DNA from: Eledone cirrhosa
Lineage: Eukaryota
Direction of reading: 5' to 3'
NCBI GenBank assembly: GCA_964016885.1
Contig: OZ024751.1
Coordinates: forward strand, 52,204,001 to 52,268,000
DNA length: 64,000 nt
Each line of letters opens with the position of its first letter. The first letter of the stretch is position 1. The position numbers and the translations under genes were made by a program. Shown here one piece after another: positions 59,036 through 64,000 of this stretch. The notes beneath the pieces are model-generated. The model ran no database searches and was not told where the DNA came from. It saw only the letters and a program-made list of their open reading frames with translations.

Positions 59036-62000
59036 TAATAATCATCATCATAAAACTTTATATTAGTGTTATCATCATCATCATAAGACTTTATATTAGT
59101 GTTGTCATCATCATAAGACTTTATATTAGTGTTGTCATCATCATAAGACTTTATATTAGTGTTGTTGACATCATCATAAGACTTTATATTAGTGTTGTTG
59201 TCATCATAAGACTTTATATTAGTGTTATCATCATCATCATAAGACTTTATATTAGTGTTATCATCATCATCATAAGACTTTATATTAGTGTTATCATCAT
59301 CATCATAAGACTTTATATTAGTGTTGTTATCATCATCATCATAAGACTTTATATTAGTGTTGTCATCATCATAAGACTTTATATTAGTGTTGTCATCATC
59401 ATAAGACTTTATATTAGTGTTGTTGTCATCATAAGACTTTATATTAGTGTTATCATCATCATCATAAGACTTTATATTAGTGTTATCATCATCATCATAA
59501 GACTTTATATTAGTGTTATCATCATCATCATAAGACTTTCTATTAGTGTTGTTGTCATCATAAGACTTTATATTAGTGTTATCATCATCATCATAAGACT
59601 TTATATTAGTGTTGTCATCATCATCATAAGACTTTATATTAGTGTTGTCATCATCATCATAAGACTTTATATTAGTGTTGACATCATCATAAGACTTTAT
59701 ATTAGTGTTGTCATCATCATCATCATAAGACTTTATATTAGTGTTGTTGTCATCATAAGACTTTATATTAGTGTTATCATCATCATCATAAGACTTTATA
59801 TTAGTGTTGTCATCATCATCATAAGACTTTATATTAGTGTTATCATCATCATCATAAGACTTTATATTAGTGTTATCATCATCATCATAAGACTTTATAT
59901 TAGTGTTGACATCATCATAAGACTTTATATTAGTGTTGTCATCATCATCATCATAAGACTTTATATTAGTGTTGTCATCATCATAAGACTTTATATTAGT
60001 GTTGACATCATCATAAGACTTTATATTAGTGTTGTCATCATCATAAGACTTTATATTAGTGTTGACATCATCATAAGACTTTATATTAGTGTTGTCATCA
60101 TCATAAGACTTTATATTAGTGTTGTTGTCATCATAAGACTTTATATTAGTGTTATCATCATCATAAGACTTTATATTAGTGTTATCATCATCATAAGACT
60201 TTATATTAGTGTTGACATCATCATAAGACTTTATATTAGTGTTATCATCATCATAAGACTTTATATTAGTGTTGACATCATCATAAGACTTTATATTAGT
60301 GTTATCATCATCATCATAAGACTTTATATTAGTGTTGTCATCATCATAAGACTTTATATTAGTGTTGTCATCATCATAAGACTTTATATTAGTGTTGTTA
60401 TCATCATCATAAGACTTTATGTTAGTGTTGTCATCATCATAAGACTTTATATTAGTGTTATCATCATCATAAGACTTTATATTAGTGTTGACATCATCAT
60501 AAGACTTTATATTAGTGTTGTTGTCATCATCATAAGACTTTATATTAGTGTTGTCATCATCATCATAAGACTTTATATTAGTGTTATCTTCATCATAAGA
60601 CTTTATATTAGTGTTGTCATCATCATAAGACTTTATATTAGTGTTGACATCATCATAAGACTTTATATTAGTGTTGACATCATCATAAGACTTTATATTA
60701 GTGTTGTCATCATCATAAGACTTTATATTAGTGTTGTCATCATCATAAGACTTTATATTAGTGTCATCATCATCATAAGACTTTATATTAGTGTCATCAT
60801 CATCATAAGACTTTATATTAGTGTTGACATCATCATAAGACTTTATATTAGTGTTGTCATCATCATCATAAGACTTTATATTAGTGTTATCATCATCATC
60901 ATAAGACTTTATATTAGTGTTGTCATCATCATAAGACTTTATATTAGTGTTGTCATCATCATCATAAGACTTTATATTAGTGTTGTCATCATCATCATAA
61001 GACTTTATATTAGTGTTATCATCATCATCATAAGACTTTATATTAGTGTTGTCATCATCATCATAAGACTTTATATTAGTGTTGTCATCATCATAAGACT
61101 TTATATTAGTGTTGTCATCATCATAAGACTTTATATTAGTGTTGTCATCATCATAAGACTTTATATTAGTGTTGTCATCATCATCATAAGACTTTATATT
61201 AGTGTTGTCATCATCATCATAAGACTTTATATTAGTGTTATCATCATCATCATAAGACTTTATATTAGTGTTGTCATCATCATAAGACTTTATATTAGTG
61301 TTGTCATCATCATAAGACTTTATATTAGTGTTGTCATCATCATAAGACTTTATATTAGTGTTGTCATCATCATCATAAGACTTTATATTAGTGTTGACAT
61401 CATCATAAGACTTTATATTAGTGTTGTTGTCATCATAAGACATTATATTAGTGTTGTCATCATCATCATAAGACTTTATATTAGTGTTGTCATCATCATC
61501 ATCATAAGACTTTATATTAGTGTTGTCATCATCATCATCATAAGACTTTATATTAGTGTTGACATCATCATAAGACTTTATATTAGTGTTGTCATCATCA
61601 TAAGACTTTATATTAGTGTTGTTGTCATCATAAGACTTTATATTAGTGTTGTCATCATCATAAGACTTTATATTAGTGTTGTCATCATCATAAGACTTTA
61701 TATTAGTGTTGTCATCATCATAAGACTTTATATTAGTGTTGTCATCATCATCATCCTAAGACTTTATATTAGTGTTGTCATCATCATCATCATAAGACTT
61801 TATATTAGTGTTGACATCATCATAAGACTTTATATTAGTGTTGTTGTCATCATAAGACTTTATATTAGTGTTGTCATCATCATCATCATAAGACATTATA
61901 TTAGTGTTGTCATCATCATCATAAGACTTTATATTAGTGTTGTCATCATCATCATCATAAGATTTTATATTAGTGTCATCATCATCATCATAAGACTTTA

Positions 62001-62050
62001 TATTAGTGTTGTCATCATCACCATTATCATCATCATAAGATTATATATTA
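59036..62050. repeat. About 3-kb minisatellite of 30/33/36-bp units: ATAAGACTTTATATTAGTGTT plus variable (RTC)n
   Basis: Roughly 95 units differing mainly in ATC triplet number. Confidence 0.98.
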
Positions 62051-62119
62051 GGTTGGCAGCAGCAGTAGTGGTGGTGGGTGGTAAGACGATAAAATATAAT
62101 TAAAACAACAAAACAATGA

Positions 62120-62188
<69 letters not shown>

Positions 62189-63504
62189 AGCGTGTGAAAG
62201 AGAGGGAGAGAGAGAGTGTGTGAAAGAGAGAGAGAGAGTGAGTGTATGTGAGAGTGTGTGTGTATATGTGTGTGAGAAAGAGAGAGAAAGTACTATTTGA
62301 ATCAATCAAGTGATATTGTAATATACAGTATTCCACATCAGAGATGTGTTCTGTCATTGAACTTCATATCTGTTATTGGAAGGAGATATAACCTTTATTT
62401 ATGTTATTACACAATCATTGCATTTATTTGGCTCAATATTTCACTAATTAGTATTACCAATATTGCTGTCTTCGCTATTGCAACACTTCAATAATCTGTT
62501 TGACTCACTCAAAAGTTGTCTGCAAAAGGAAGCTGGTGTTGTTGCTGTTGGTGTTGGTGATGGCAGTGATGGTAGTGGTGTTGGTGGTGTTGGTGTTGTG
62601 TGATGGTATTGTTATTGGAGGTGGTGTTGATGGTGGTTGTGGTGGTGTTGTTGTTGTTAGTGGTGGTGGTGATGTTGGTGGCATTGTTGTTGTAGGTGTT
62701 GTTGGTGTCATTAGTTTAAGGTTGATAAAAAAAGGTACCAATCTGGTACTAGTCAATTCTTCCTCTGTGTCTCTTTCTCACTTTCTCTCTCTCCTTCTCT
62801 GGAAGAAATCGGCTGTGTTCAGACCTAGAGAAGGTATGGGCTACCTAAGTCTTTTTATTTCTTTATTCTTCAAATCTGTATCACTATATGTCCCCCACCC
62901 CCACTAACTGACATTTAAATATTTCATGATTTTATTGCAATATTGAAAAAAAAAATTGTATTCTAATAAATTCAATTATTTTAAGCAATCATTTTATATC
63001 CACCTTTTCTATATTGTTTTTTTTATTTTTATTTTTCCAGAGGTAAGTGGTCTCATTTCCATTGTTATTTCAGGTGAAGTTGAGGCAAGTATCCATTTGC
63101 TTTTGTTCATCTTAAAATCTCTTGAGTGGTAGACTTAATCTATCAGGTGGTTTAACACTTAACACCATCACCTGGCCCTTGGTTGCATTTAGTAGAGTCC
63201 ATTCTGGTGTGCTTGGGCCAGGTCTCCAATTTGGGGATTTTTCCCCTTCCTTACCCATTAGATCAAAAGGCCTTGAAGGGGGTCATAAGTACTGCCTCTC
63301 CCTCCATGGCTAACCTATTGTAATAATTCATAGTCACTGTATTTAAGATTTGTTTGTAGTCATTATAAAAGTGAATTCCTTTACTGCGTTCGTGCTGGGG
63401 AACCACACTGAAGGGATTTAATTGACTCCAGTACATATGTTTTCAAGTCTGTTACTTATTTTATTGATCGCTTCTTATTGAACTACTAAGTTATAACTGT
63501 CAAC

Positions 63505-63880
63505 CTCAATGGTCTCTGCTATCCTAATTTTTCCAGTCTTTCCAAGCCTGTTTCCTGGCTTTGCTTTGGTGGCTCCATCTACTGAGCTGTTCCACCACCA
63601 GCTGGTGCTCTACTCCAATCACAAGTTTCATCAGTAGTTCATGAAAGGTTGTCGTGCAAGAATTTCAAGTTGTTATATGTATCTCACTCGTCACTTCTTT
63701 CATCAAATGCATCCCATAGGATGCATTTGATGCATTTGGTTAAATAAAGGTCCTTTAGCTTCCAAACCCATCTCCATACCCATCTCCATATTTTCTTGCA
63801 TATCTTGTTCTGTCTTTTGCTTATTTTGATGTTATGAATAACTAATATGTGTTGGATAGTGCATTCTTCCTCAGGGAATG
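63505..63880 (-). mobile_element. Old RTE fragment (endonuclease C-terminus and linker)
   Basis: Reverse strand reads PEEECTIQH, WKLKDL, KFLHDNL..TTDETCDWSR and WWNSSVDGA, aligning to 10095-10480. Confidence 0.75.
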
Positions 63881-64000
63881 CCTCAGTATTTTCTAAATTA
63901 TTTGAAAATCATAAACAGTGTCTTTTATTAGAAATATGGTAATGAACGAGTTAACATACCCAAGAAACCTCTTCTGAGATGCAACCTTACAGGAGGCCTG

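Noticed and set aside
59036-62050. Constant repeat plus variable segment resembling a CRISPR array
   Set aside because: The variable part is only ATC/GTC triplet number, not acquired spacers.

Overview
Eukaryotic, AT-rich, repeat-dominated genomic DNA with no recognisable host protein-coding gene; probably intronic or intergenic. The repeat mix (giant (TA)n tracts, RTE and CR1 LINEs, Meta-domain and CORE-like tRNA SINEs, Helitrons) suggests an invertebrate, most likely an octopus; this is inference only. Nearly all long ORFs in the track are microsatellite or minisatellite artefacts. Real coding sequence is limited to transposons: a CR1-type RT 3' fragment (1137-2106), a near full-length RTE LINE with a PHD-like finger and one amber stop (about 8917-12854), further RTE fragments, and a decayed IR/DR-type Tc1 element (43498-45082). 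Also present are nested non-autonomous Helitrons, TTAA-flanked MITEs and several minisatellites. The most interesting signals are: (1) short fold-back elements in microsatellites carrying minimal type I hammerhead ribozyme motifs on both strands, resembling Penelope-like pLTR remnants, with stem covariation between copies; (2) a UAG at a probable Trp codon in the RTE ORF that A-to-I editing could repair; (3) a structured RTE 3' module shared between LINEs and SINEs. All coordinates were read by eye and may be off by a few bases.
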